Assembly: GCA_963817895.1 (NCBI GenBank)
Contig: CAWFQB010000002.1
Location: 1 to 64,000 of the forward strand
Length of the DNA stretch: 64,000 bases
From: an uncultured Chthonomonadaceae bacterium
Lineage (GTDB): Bacteria; Armatimonadota; Chthonomonadetes; Chthonomonadales; Chthonomonadaceae
Reading direction: 5' to 3'
This document shows positions 53,232-64,000 of the stretch, piece by piece; within the stretch, counting starts at the first letter, position 1; each line of letters opens with the position of its first letter. The notes under the pieces were generated by a model. The model searched no databases. It was not told where the DNA came from and worked only from the letters and a program-made list of their open reading frames with translations. Made by a program: the position numbers and the translations under genes.

Positions 53232-53638
53232 TATCGCGCGCGTCCTCCACCCAAGCGGTGCGTGTAGCCGTATCCGACCCGAACCATCCAGACCTGAGCC
53301 ATTGGAAGTCGCGCCTCCATTTTCGCGGCAGCGGAAAGTTCATCCTCGCCGATTTCCCACGCGCCGGTGTCAAGATCAATCATCACCCATTCGCCATTGT
53401 GGTCAGGTTCAACGACAGGCTTCACGGCGCGATTGTATATTTCGTCTCCAAGCCGCGCGGCTTCTTCGGGCGCATACCGGGGTTGCAATACGGGCATTGT
53501 TGTTTCTCCTTCGCCGTTCTTATCTGGTTGAAATTCATTTATCAAATGCGCGGCAAAGCGGTTTGGACGCGCGGTTGCATAATCTACATGGTACTCAGGC
53601 CGCAGTTCTTCCGTATCATGTTGCTTATGCGCCGACAT
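53231..53638 (-). CDS. Small protein typically paired with clan AA proteases; internal start likely at 53497
   Basis: EEAARLGDEIY...GEWVMIDLDTGAWEIG...VWMVRVG; AGGAG RBS before the ATG at 53497; stop overlaps the protease start. Confidence 0.7.
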   Translation of the reverse strand: MSAHKQHDTEELRPEYHVDYATARPNRFAAHLINEFQPDKNGEGETTMPVLQPRYAPEEAARLGDEIYNRAVKPVVEPDHNGEWVMIDLDTGAWEIGEDELSAAAKMEARLPMAQVWMVRVGYGYTHRLGGGRAR

Positions 53639-53719
53639 TGTATGACTCCTTTTCTTCCCGCGTTTTCGCGTTGTTGCCTATCAGTATAGCAAATGCGGAT
53701 GGGTTTGACAAGCGCGGGT

Positions 53720-55654
53720 TTAGCGGTAGTGTTGTGCCTGCATCTCAAATAGGTGAGCATACTTGCCGTTTAAGAGCATCAATTCGTCGTGTGAACCGCT
53801 TTCTACGATTTCGCCGTTTTCCAGCACGTAGATGCAGTCGGCCATGCGGACGGTAGAAAAGCGGTGGCTGACGAGAACAGTGGCGCGGTCTTTAGCCAGC
53901 AGGCGGAAATCGCGGAAGAACTCGTATTCGGCGCGGGCGTCCATCGCGCTTGTCGGCTCGTCCAGAACGATGATCTGGGCGTCGCGCAGAAACGCCCGCG
54001 CCAGCGCCACTTTCTGCCATTGCCCGATACTCAATTCCGCGCCGCCCTCGAACATTTTGCCCAATGTGGTTTCGTAACCCTCTTTGAGTTCCGAAATCAC
54101 GGCATCCGCGCCCGCGTACCGCGCCGATTCGATGATCTGTTCGCGTACCGCCTCTTCTTCCAGTGGTAACGCGATATTGCCTAACCAGATGTTTTCCCTT
54201 GCGGACAGTTGGTACTTCTCGTAATCCTGAAAAATCACGCTGATCTGCTGTCGCAGGTCGTTGGTATGAAAGTCGCGTATATCCGTGCCGTCCAGCGTGA
54301 TGCGCCCGCTTGTCGGGTCGTACAGGCGGCACAACAGTTTGGTAATCGTGGTTTTTCCGCTCCCGTTTTCGCCGACAAGCGCGATCATTTTACCCGGTTC
54401 CACATGCAGCGTCACGTCTTTCAGCACCGTTCGGCGGCTGTTCGGGTAGTCAAAGGCGACGTTTTCAAACACGATTCCGCGCTGCATCGGGTTGGGAACC
54501 GATTGGGGATTTACAGGTTCCGCCACTTTGCGCTCGATTTCCAGAAACTCGTCTAAATCGGACAGGAAGAGGCTGCTTTCGTACAGGTCGGCAAGGTTGC
54601 TCAACATCTGCTGAACCAGTCCCTGCCCCCGCTGAAACGCGCCGAAGTACATGGTCAGGCCGCCGAGCGTGGTTTGCCCCTGTAGGGTTCGCCACGCGGC
54701 AAACGCATACGCGCCGTACATGGCAACGGTTGCCAGCACCTGCGCGGCGAAATCGAGCAGGGCGTTGCGGGATTGCATTTGCAGGCGTTCGCGCCGTATT
54801 TCGGTTCGCAGGGTTTTCGCCCGTTCGAGAAACAGTTTGCCCAACTGGAACAGGCGGATTTCTTTGGCGGACGAGCCGCCCGTCAGCAGCGAGTCGAAGT
54901 AGTTGGAGAGCCGTTCGGTTGGGGTTCGCTTGCGCTGCCAGCCGTACATGCGTCCGCTGAATCGGATACGAACCAGCGCGCCGGGAACGGTGGATAGAAA
55001 CAGCAACAGCGCAATAGCCCAGTGCAGCGACAGCAGCAGGCCGACGAGGGCGAGGAGAGAAAACGCGCTTTGGGCGGCGTACAGCAGATTGTTGACGATG
55101 CTGACGGGGCGATACGACGCCTGACTCTGCGCCCGCCGCAACGTATCGTAAAAGCGGGCGTTCTCATAATACTCCAAATCCACTTCGATAGATTTGGCGT
55201 GAACCACTTCCGTTACATAATCGGTAACATGCGCGGCCTGCCCGTTGCGTATCAGACTGCTGATAGCCGTCAATACCGCGCTGAGTAGCATTACGCCGCC
55301 CTGTAGTCCGATGTACCAGCCTACCTGCCGGAACGCGAACTCCCGCGATGGCGAACGCAGTCCGTTGGCAACGGCATCCACCACCAGTTTGCTAAAATAA
55401 ATCGGCAGCGTGGTGAGGATGGCTTGCAGGGGCAGGAGGGCGATACTTGCAACCGTCCACGAGGGCGCTCCCTTCCAGACAAGAACAAGGGCGCGTTTAA
55501 TCGTCTTCAGCTTTTGTTTCGCGCTTGTCGCTTTTGCCGTCTGCTCCTCGCCCTCCTCTTCAGGATTGCGTTTTTTGCCGCCCCCGCCCCCTTCCGGTTT
55601 ACGTCCGGGCGGCATATCCCCTTTTGCCTGCATGTTCGCCATTGTTGCCTTCAC
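53720..55654 (-). CDS. ABC exporter, fused permease/ATPase
   Basis: TM domain; GENGSGKTT, LSIGQWQKVALARA, VLDEPTSAMD, SHRFST. Confidence 0.93.
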   Translation of the reverse strand: MKATMANMQAKGDMPPGRKPEGGGGGKKRNPEEEGEEQTAKATSAKQKLKTIKRALVLVWKGAPSWTVASIALLPLQAILTTLPIYFSKLVVDAVANGLRSPSREFAFRQVGWYIGLQGGVMLLSAVLTAISSLIRNGQAAHVTDYVTEVVHAKSIEVDLEYYENARFYDTLRRAQSQASYRPVSIVNNLLYAAQSAFSLLALVGLLLSLHWAIALLLFLSTVPGALVRIRFSGRMYGWQRKRTPTERLSNYFDSLLTGGSSAKEIRLFQLGKLFLERAKTLRTEIRRERLQMQSRNALLDFAAQVLATVAMYGAYAFAAWRTLQGQTTLGGLTMYFGAFQRGQGLVQQMLSNLADLYESSLFLSDLDEFLEIERKVAEPVNPQSVPNPMQRGIVFENVAFDYPNSRRTVLKDVTLHVEPGKMIALVGENGSGKTTITKLLCRLYDPTSGRITLDGTDIRDFHTNDLRQQISVIFQDYEKYQLSARENIWLGNIALPLEEEAVREQIIESARYAGADAVISELKEGYETTLGKMFEGGAELSIGQWQKVALARAFLRDAQIIVLDEPTSAMDARAEYEFFRDFRLLAKDRATVLVSHRFSTVRMADCIYVLENGEIVESGSHDELMLLNGKYAHLFEMQAQHYR

Positions 55655-56015
55655 CTGTAGGTCGCATCGTTGTTCAAACGATTGTTAAACATTTGTTTGC
55701 TATTCCGGTTGATATTGTAGACAAATTTCGCGCTTTCGTCAACCCATGCTTTCGAGCAGGCATGGCTTGAAACGCGCTGTTGCCTGTCGCTGAAAAATAG
55801 GTCGAAAATAAACTAACAGGTGGTTTAGCAAATTAAACAGAGGCCGCGATAAGGAGGGTGGGAATTCGCTTTCATGCTCCCTGTTTCAGGATGCCGGCCC
55901 TGACAGCGAACGGCGCAGGAAGTGCCCAGGAAAGGAGGTGGGTAAGTTGGTTCACATAGCCCTTACTCACTTCCGACACGTTGCGGTTCGCCGCTAACGT
56001 TTCGGAACGTGAGCC

Positions 56016-56061
56016 AAACACCCCGTCAGCGTTGCAAAACGTTGCCGGGGTGTTTATTTTT
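56016..56061 (+). terminator. Intrinsic terminator after a short ORF upstream of cimA
   Basis: AAACACCCCG...CGGGGTGTTT followed by ATTTTT. Confidence 0.7.
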
Positions 56062-56303
56062 ATGGATATTTCGAGAGGGGCAATATACCGGTTTAAGGTT
56101 CGCTTCCAATCGGCTATCTTATCTCGCTTTGAAGTGGAAGATGGGAACATGGTATACTGTTGACACTTTTCAATTGATTGGAAGCTGGATAAAGTTTGAG
56201 TTCCCTGCACTGTTCTGTTACACAACACGGATGCGGCGGGGATGATTGTCAATTTAACTATGCACAGTGAACGCAACAATGCCGTTTGCGAAAGGAAAAT
56301 CTT

Positions 56304-57982
56304 GTGAACAGTCAGAACGCGCAAAAACAGTATGTGGAAATCTACGATACGACACTCCGCGACGGATCGCAGGGCGAGGGGATTACCTTCAGCGTCGAGG
56401 ACAAGATTCGCATTGCGCGGCGTCTGGACGAGTTCGGGATGGACTTTATCGAGGGCGGCTGGCCCGGTTCCAATCCGAAAGACGCCACGTTCTTCGAGCG
56501 CATGAAAACCGTAACGCTGCATCATGCGCGGCTGGCCGCTTTCGGCAGCACGCGCCGCGCGGGATTGCGGGCGGAAGACGACGCGCAGTTGAAAATGCTC
56601 GTGGACGCGGCAACCCCGGTTATCACCATCTTCGGCAAATCGTGGACGGAGCATGTGCTGCACGCGCTGAAAACCACGCCCCACGAAAATCTGGACATGA
56701 TTGGCGACAGCGTGGCGTTTCTGAAAAGAACATGCGCCGACTGTGATTTACGACGCCGAGCATTTTTTCGATGGCTACAAGAGCAGCGCGGCGGAGGGTG
56801 TGAACGCTTTCGAGTCTGGAAATTACGCGCTGGCGGGGTTGAAACGCGCATTGGACGCGGGCGCGGATCGCATTGTTTTGTGCGATACCAATGGCGGCAC
56901 ACTGCCGTATGAGATGGCCGCGATTGTGCGCCGCGTTCGTGAAGCGTTTCCCGAACGTGCGCAATTGGCATCCACACGCACAATGACGCGGAATGCGCGG
57001 TCGCCAACGCTCTTGCGGCTGTTCAGGAGGGCGCGATGCATGTGCAGGGTACGGTGAACGGATACGGCGAACGGTGCGGCAACTGCAACCTGCTGCCCGT
57101 GATCGCGTCCCTGCGCCTGAAACTCGGCTTCGACTGCCTGCTGCCCGATTCGCTGGAGCATCTGGCCGCTCTTTCGCAGTACGTGGACGAAATCGCGAAT
57201 CTGACGCCGGACACGCGCCGGGCGTATGTGGGGCGCAGCGCGTTCGCGCACAAGGGCGGCGTTCATGCCGATGCCGTGCTGAAGGGCGCGAGTTACGAGC
57301 ATATCAACCCGGAACTGGTCGGCAATTCGCGGCGGCTGCTGGTTTCGGAACTGGCGGGCAGCAGCAGCATCGCGGGCAAAGCGACGGAATACGGCTTCGA
57401 CCTGAACCGCAAATCGCCGCAAACCCGCGCTTTACTGCAGTCCATCGCGGAACGGGAACACGAAGGCTACAGCTACGAGGGCGCGGAGGGTTCGTTTGAA
57501 CTGCTGTTGATGCAGGCGATGGGGACGTATCCGGCAGATGTTCGAGTTGAAAGGGTTCCGCTGCATCGTGGAACGCCGGGGCGACGATCAGGAACCGATC
57601 ACGGAAGCGACGGTAAAACTCGTCGGTAGACGGCGTGGAAAAACTGACGGTTGCGGAAGGGGACGGTCCCGTTCACGCTCTGGACGGCGCATTGCGCAAG
57701 GCGCTGCTGGAATTCTACCCGGAGTTGGCGCACATCAAATTGACCGACTTCAAAGTCCGCGTGGTCAATACGCGGGAAGGCACGGCGGCCAAAGTGCGCG
57801 TCATCATTGACAGCACGGACGGCGAGCAGGCGTGGAGTACGGTCGGCGTGTCCACCAATATGATGGAAGCAAGCTGGCACGCCCTCGTGGACAGCGTTGT
57901 GTACGGCCTGCTGCGACGTCAGGAATCCCTGTCGAAACTGTTGCCGTCCGGTCTTGAAGTAGCCGCGAATGAACGCAAATAG
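56304..57982 (+). CDS. cimA: Citramalate synthase, several frameshifts
   Basis: [60 protein letters not shown]. Confidence 0.9.
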
Positions 57983-58002
57983 ACGCGAATGATAAATGAA
58001 CA

Positions 58003-58177
58003 TGCAAAACCGCGCTCTGGAAGTCCGCCGCGAACCCTTCGCCCTCCCCAACGCGCCCTACGGCTTTGGCTACGGCGCCCTAACCATCGATCTGGAATGA
58101 GAACCGTAACGCCCCTTGCCCTGCCCCATGCTGAAATCCGCGTACGCGACCTGTTACCGCCATCCCCTGCGCTATAA
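58003..58177 (+). pseudogene. C-terminal remnant of a Uma2/DUF820-family endonuclease
   Basis: QNRALEVRREP...YG and VTPLALPHAEIRVRDLLP in two frames. Confidence 0.5.
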
Positions 58178-58940
58178 TTTCCACTCTTCGCGTTTCTGTT
58201 CCATTGTGACGGTTTCGCCTTGCATCCAGGCATAATGCGCGGGCGGGTTGTCACCGATCCAGCGCGGGTCTACAGGTTCGTTAGCGCGTTGGTAGCGAGT
58301 GTCGCAGCTGATGCGGAAGCGCTTGCTTGTATTACTCACGCTGCCGTGCATGGTGTACATGCCGAAAATCAGCGCGTTGCCCGCCTGAAACTCGGTTGTC
58401 TGCCATTGCCCGCCGAAGCGGTCTATCATTTCTACGGCGTCATTGGAAAACGCGCCCGTAACGTGGTCGCGGTCAACATCCATTTTGCCATAGGTTTCCC
58501 TCACGCGCTCGAACGCCTCGCCCCTGTGGGAACCAACAAGAACCGCAAGCGGCCCCATATCGTAGGAAACGTCGCCAATCGGAGTCCAGCAGGTGTACAG
58601 ATTCTGTGTTCCCCGCCCCATGTACACAATGTCGTAATGCGCCCCTGTGAAATCCCCCGGCCCGACCACGCGCAGCCACTTGTAATCGAACGTCAGCGCG
58701 TCGCCTTGCAGAAACCGGGCAAAGAAGCCCATCACTTCGGGCGATTCCACAAGATTCAGGAAGGCCGGGTTGCGCGTCGTCGCCTTGCTGCCGCCTAGAA
58801 ATCCGCCCCGCGCCCCGTCTGCCGGAACCGCCAATTCCAGCGGATACTCGTGGCTGATTTGCCCGTTCTGATCCAGATTGGCAAGCAGCATTTTCCGCGC
58901 CGCGTTTACTCTCTCCCGGTCGTGCAGCCCGCGTATCAAT

Positions 58941-60004
58941 AGATACTCCGACAAATAAGTTTGGATTTATTCTTGGCGCGGGTAGAATAGACGTATGAAC
59001 CTTCACGAACTTGGCCGCTATCCCGAAAACAAAGTCCGTTCGCTCTTCGGACTACCCCACGCCGCCTTAGCTGAACTCTTCCTGGCAGCGCTTCCCGAAA
59101 TCGAGCGCCGTCGCCAACAAGAACAGGCCAACAAGCCCACGCGCCGCCGCAAGGTGGGAGGCGGCCGCAAACGCCTGCTCAAGCCCTACCAGGAAGTGTT
59201 GCTGACGCTGCTGTACCTGCGCCACAACGTCGCCTTCTCTGTGGTGGGCATGCTGTTTGGCGTCAGCGCCGATGTGGCGGAGAACACCTTCCATGAGATT
59301 GTCGGCGTCCTCAAAGACGTGTGTCCGGCCAACCGCTGGGAAGCGGAGAAACGCTGGACCAAGAAAGAACCCTCCTGGAAGCCCGAGGAGGTGGATCAGG
59401 TGATTGTGGATAGTTTCGAGACGCCGGTTCCGCGTCCCTCGATTGAACCCAAGCAACGCGCCTTCTACTCGGGCAAGAAGAAAGACCACACGCTCAAGAC
59501 CGAGGTCATCACCAACCGCAATGGCGACATTCTTGATGTGGATGCGGGCTATCGCGGCCCGAAGTCGGACAAGAAAGTGCATGAGCAGAGTACGGTTGCC
59601 AAGCAGTTTCCCCATGCGACGGTCAAAGGCGATCTGGCCTATCAAGGCTTACCCCACAGCGAAGTGCCGCACAAGAAGCCACGCGGAGGCGCGTTGAGCG
59701 CTGTGCAGAAAGAAGAGAACCGCGCCTTTTCCTCAGGGCGTGTGCGTGTCGAACATAGTATCCGGCGCGTCAAAGCGTTTCGGATGGTGCGTGATGAATA
59801 TCGTCTGGCGACGGGATTGTTCCGTCGCACTTGCTTCTGTGTGGTGGGTCTGGTGCAATTGATCGCGCTGACACGCGAGCCGCAAGGCGCGTAAGCCGGG
59901 AAAAGTAAACGCGGAAAAAGGGTTTTCGACGGGTGGAGTGTGTCTGCTCCACCTGAGCGCTAGCCTGCCTCAAAACAGCCTATATACTATTTGTCGGAGT
60001 ATCT
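58941..60004 (+). mobile_element. IS5-like (DDE_Tnp_4 type) insertion sequence
   Basis: 17-bp inverted repeats AGATACTCCGACAAATA; 3-bp target duplication AAT. Confidence 0.9.
58995..59894 (+). CDS. IS5/ISL2-type transposase, intact
   Basis: GGGRK..L, IVDSFE..V.RP, YSGKKK.HTLK, GDLAYQG, RVRVEHSI. Confidence 0.9.
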   Translation: MNLHELGRYPENKVRSLFGLPHAALAELFLAALPEIERRRQQEQANKPTRRRKVGGGRKRLLKPYQEVLLTLLYLRHNVAFSVVGMLFGVSADVAENTFHEIVGVLKDVCPANRWEAEKRWTKKEPSWKPEEVDQVIVDSFETPVPRPSIEPKQRAFYSGKKKDHTLKTEVITNRNGDILDVDAGYRGPKSDKKVHEQSTVAKQFPHATVKGDLAYQGLPHSEVPHKKPRGGALSAVQKEENRAFSSGRVRVEHSIRRVKAFRMVRDEYRLATGLFRRTCFCVVGLVQLIALTREPQGA

Positions 60005-60280
60005 AATAAATAACCGTCTTCCTCCATACGCGCCTGTAACTGCGCCGGGTCATGCAGCAATTCGTTCGCGTCGCGCAACTCGCCTAAATACTTGGCGCCC
60101 ATTTCTAATTCATGTTTGCCGATTGTCAGTTTCATGGCGTGTTCCTAACCTTCGATGCTACGCATAGTTTATCTTAGGGGATCATCTTAAACGGACGAAC
60201 AGTTACACAGACACGTCGGGTTGAAGCCCTGCGCTGCAAAGTACGAGTGACCTGCGGACACAACACGCCCAGGCCTGCTT

Positions 60281-61132
60281 TCATGTATCGCGGGAAGCAA
60301 TACTGTTGTCCGCCCGCAGCAATTGATTCGGCTCTATGGCGTCAGGGATAGTGGCGGCTCGCAGCAGCATATCGGGACGGGAAGAGGACGCGGAAGGCCG
60401 CAGCAAAGACTGGCTTGCCTGCTGTTGTTCCAATCGCTGTTTGAGATATAGCAAACATTCCTGCGCCGCTTCGCGCGTTTCCGGTTCGGTTGTGGATGCC
60501 ATAGCAAGGCTCTCCACATACGGCACGGCTTTGCTGTCGCCAATCTGTTCGAGCGCCTTCAAAACGGTTCGTATCCATTCCGTATTCTTGTTATTGAGCG
60601 ATTGACAAAGCAAGGTTTGCTGCTGTTCGTTTAATAAGCCTGCGTCCGAATGTTGTAACTGCGGTAACAGTTCAGACAAGCTTTTGATGATAACAGAACG
60701 CACTTCTTGATACCGATACGCCTCTACAAGCGGCCCGATAAACCGCTTATCGTACAGATTCGAAACAATATTCAGCAGCAATTTCAGACGGGGATGGTTG
60801 GTCAAGGGCATTATAAATGCTGCAATTATTCCAAAACCGCCAAGCATTATGTGTAAGGCTGCCTCCCATCTATATCGAAGCAAATCGCGAAACATATACA
60901 GCAAAGCACATGTAGCAACAAATTTGTACCATTGCAGCATACGCTGGACACGGCATAAATCGTGTTCAAGCCAAACTAACAAGGTATTCAAGCGTTGGGT
61001 GTCAGCAGCAATAGCAGTAATAATCTCCTGCTTTGCCTGTTCGCGCTTTGCGGTATCTTTATGGCCCAACTGCTTGATTAGCGGATTGAGTTTTTCGTCT
61101 GAAGTGGCGGGCCGTCTGTTCAGAAAGGACAT
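60281..61132 (-). CDS. HEAT-repeat membrane protein
   Basis: Two hydrophobic segments; LKALEQIGDSKAVPYVESL; repeated LLRA/LLRP tail. Confidence 0.75.
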   Translation of the reverse strand: MSFLNRRPATSDEKLNPLIKQLGHKDTAKREQAKQEIITAIAADTQRLNTLLVWLEHDLCRVQRMLQWYKFVATCALLYMFRDLLRYRWEAALHIMLGGFGIIAAFIMPLTNHPRLKLLLNIVSNLYDKRFIGPLVEAYRYQEVRSVIIKSLSELLPQLQHSDAGLLNEQQQTLLCQSLNNKNTEWIRTVLKALEQIGDSKAVPYVESLAMASTTEPETREAAQECLLYLKQRLEQQQASQSLLRPSASSSRPDMLLRAATIPDAIEPNQLLRADNSIASRDT

Positions 61133-61138
61133 TAGGAC

Positions 61139-61959
61139 TTACCCTCTTGCGGGTTCGGACATGGTGGCGCGGGCGCGGTTGGAGGCTTCTACCAGACAGT
61201 CTTCGTTGTCCATGACCTGCTGTAAATGCTTTTGGCGTTCGGGGAGTTGCCGTGTCGCGCATAATGTCGGAATGGAGATGGTCAATCCAGAAGCGGCCCT
61301 GCGCGGCGATGAAACTGCGCAAATCCTTTAATTCCGCGTCCGTTGTGGCCTGATTACATAAGTTCAGGGTGAACATGCGCCGGGAACTTCCCCCGCCGAA
61401 CGCGGAATGTTGCAGGTTGTGGTTGAAAACGACCACATCTCCCGGCTGCGATTCCAGCGGTACGCAGGGAACGTCGCGCTGCGCGATCCCGAACGCGGAT
61501 TCGGATTGATTGACGCGCCGCAAAGAGGAGAGAATGGGATTGCCGACGACGTGACTGCCCGGTATCACGCGCAGGCAGCCCGTATCTCTTGGCAACGGGA
61601 TCGAGATACAGCGCTATTTTAATGTAGGTGGCCTCGTCGTGCCAGCCGTCGGAGTGCCAGCCCGTATTGCCGGTGTAATAGTTGCCGTCGCCGCCGATGT
61701 AGTTGAAATCATCGCCAAGCAGACCCGACGCGATGCCCTCAACAACCGGATGATCCAGCAGCGTACAGAGTTTCGGGGACTGGTCAATAAACGGCACGAT
61801 GCACGTCCGGCGCGAACCGTCGTGTTTGGGACCGGCAGCGCGGGCGTGGATGCCGGTAAACTCGTCCGTAATCCATTCAACATCCGTCTTCAACGCGCCC
61901 GGAAGCGCGAGATACCCGAACGTTTGGAAGAAATTACGCTGTTCTTGTGACAGTTGCAT
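61139..61959 (-). CDS. PhyH-family dioxygenase, frameshifted
   Basis: FFQTFGYL, WHSD, GCLRVIPGSH, PGDVVVFNHNLQH. Confidence 0.87.
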
Positions 61960-62061
61960 TGTTGACCTCACCCCCGACCCCTCTCCTTGCCGCGCAACGC
62001 GCTAGGAGAGGGGAGAATGTTGTTGTTAGATGGCACGGTAGATGTAGTTGGCAGACGCCCC

Positions 62062-62722
62062 TCAACCCTCAATCACAAACACCGGCCTGCACCACGCGCC
62101 GGAGTGTCCTTTCAGATTGATGGGCAGGGCCATGAAGGTTTGCGGCAGGGGCAGTTGGTAGGCTTCGGGCGGGAAGCGCAGTTCTTCCACGATCCAGATA
62201 CCCTGACCGAGCAGGATGGTGTGTACGGCCGCGTCGTTTGCTTTGTCCCAGCCGCCGATGCCCCAGTGATCCACGCCCAAGCCCGCGTATTTTGCGCTCG
62301 GCAAGCCAGTGCGCGGCATCGGGCGTCAGTTTGGGCGATTGGTACAGCCACATTTCGCTGCGTTCGCGGATGTCGCCCCACCCGGTCGCCATAAGAATAA
62401 TGCTGTCGGGCGGAAGCGGGTCGGGCAGCGCGGCGGCCAACCGTTCCGGCGTAATCAGGGCGGAGGGTTCCAGGGGGCGTAAATCCGCAATATAGGCCGG
62501 ACCGACAAAACTTTCCAGGGGCAGCATATCTATGGACGCGCCGCCCGCGATTTTGTGGAGGGGCGCGTCGAGATGGCTTCCCGTATGGCTGGCAAGCGTC
62601 AAGGTTTCCCAGTGCCACTCCGCCCGCTCATGGTCGGAAGAAACCTCCGAACGCACGGGAGGATGCGCGGGGCAATTCGGACCCGCATCATAAATAGGCT
62701 GCGAAAGATCAAGGAAGCGCAT
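62062..62722 (-). CDS. Cyclase family protein (kynurenine formamidase-like), frameshifted
   Basis: DLSQPI, HTGSHLDAPLH, G.D, VH..LL...IVEEL, GAWCRPV. Confidence 0.88.
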
Positions 62723-62908
62723 GGTAATGAATTCCAGTGAGAGTGAGAGTGGAGAGTGAGAGAAACAACGCATTGACTCTCACGCTTCACTCTCCACTCT
62801 CGCTATTTCTATTGGAAACGGCTAAAATACCTGTCATACTATCAGCAGAATACGCGATAATTCGCGTTTGCAGTCGTTCATTCCTCTGTTTTTAGATAAG
62901 GGAACTCC

Positions 62909-64000
62909 GTGAAGCAAAATATTCTTCGCCTGTTGTTGGCAAGCGGTCTTGCGCTGTGCCTGATAGGGAAATCCGGGCAAGCGCAGGAAACTGAACGCGC
63001 CGAGTTGCTGAAAGATGTCAGCAAACTGGTCGCGCCGGGGTGTATTCCGGGGGATTTTGCCGTGTTCGGCGACAATGCTTTTGTCGTCGCTGACCGGACG
63101 GCAGGGCAAAACGCGCCTGCCCATGCTTGCCGCCACGCGCTACGGCATTGGACGCGCCGCCGCAATCGGACACGAGGGATTTTTCAGCGCGGACGCATTG
63201 GAAAACGCCGACAACGCGCATCTTGCCCGCAATCTGGCGCTGTGGGCGGGGCAAAAGCCGCTCGCGGGCCTGCGCATCGGCCTGCATGATCAGAGCGAGG
63301 GGACTGGCGAACGCGCTTACCGCGCTTGGCTGCCATGTTACCGTTCTGCAAGCCGCCGACCTGCCCGCGAAATTGAACGCGCTGGACGTGTTATGGCTGA
63401 ATCAGAGCAGTCTGGACGGGGCGGGCAATCCGGCGCGAATTGAAGCCGTACAGCAGTGGGTGCGCAATGGGGGCGGGCTGATAGTGGACGGGCCGGCGTG
63501 GGGCTGGCAAATGACGCATCCCGGCCTGATGCTGCCCCGCGACCATAGTGGCAACATTTTGCTTGCGCCAATGGGCATTGTGTTCGCGGGCGGTATGCTC
63601 GACGCAGGCAACGCGCAGGGATATACCCCCGATACCGCCAATACGGAACTGACGCAGGTAAACCGCGCGCTGGACGCCTTAGAGCAAATGAGCGGCCATC
63701 GCCGCCTGCTGACCGGCCCGGAACTGGAACAGGTGACTGCCACGCTTGGCGAAGCGGTTGCCGCCCTGCCCCCTTCGCAGGAAATGCTGGTACAGCGCAT
63801 CGAAACCCTGTGCGCCGACAAAGCGGGCAATGTGGTCCCAACCCACGAAACGCCTGTTACCATTTCCATGCCGTTCGCCCGCCTGAAAGCCGTGCTGGAC
63901 GCGCAGCAGTTCCGGCGTTTGCCGCCCGAAAAGATCATCGCGCACCCCTCCGCCGCCTCGTTTCCCGGCGCGGTTCCCGCACGGCGCGAAACGCGAAACG
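62909..64000 (+). CDS. Secreted protein, probably N-terminus of an M60/TCAF-like peptidase; partial and frameshifted
   Basis: Signal peptide; GRAAAIGHEG, WVRNGGGLIV.G.AWGW, AHPSAASFPGAVP; the catalytic region lies outside the window. Confidence 0.6.

Larger units (their letters stand above)
58172..60135 (-). pseudogene. PhyH-family dioxygenase interrupted by IS5-like element
   Basis: N-part MKLTIGKH...MEEDGYL (60135-60005) joins LIRGLHD after IS removal; AHYD, HGS..N..RISCDTRY. Confidence 0.88.

Noticed and set aside
51663..53638. Integrated element at tRNA-Leu
   Set aside because: No integrase and no duplicated tRNA 3' end seen; the tRNA 3' side abuts a terminator and the DUF1501 gene.
53720..55997. 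RiPP or lasso-peptide cluster around the ABC exporter
   Set aside because: No modifying enzymes nearby, and the only small ORF lacks precursor features.

Overview
Bacterial chromosome segment, moderately GC-rich. An Armatimonadota-like source is inferred from the PEP-CTERM proteins, DUF1501, HEAT protein, several PhyH paralogs and a Terrabacteria-type nusA-ylxR-infB-ylxP-rbfA-nrnA operon with an L10 leader. Housekeeping genes include infB, nusA, rbfA, rplJ/rplL, lexA, a cold-shock protein, trxA, nadB, tgt, cimA, an endonuclease IV and tRNA-Leu(CAA). Four IS elements are present (IS3, IS701-like, IS4, IS5-like); three have exactly mappable ends and two of those split genes. Several families of short palindromic or tandem intergenic repeats occur throughout. 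Many genes, including essential ones, carry single-base frameshifts, which most likely reflect uncorrected long-read indels. The best candidate for an undescribed system is an AT-rich three-gene cassette at 2394-5724. It encodes an unknown protein with a possible COMM-like C-terminus, an acidic-tailed unknown protein, and a PIN-like nuclease whose reading frame is restored exactly when the IS701-like element is removed. All family calls come from motif recognition by eye; no searches were run.
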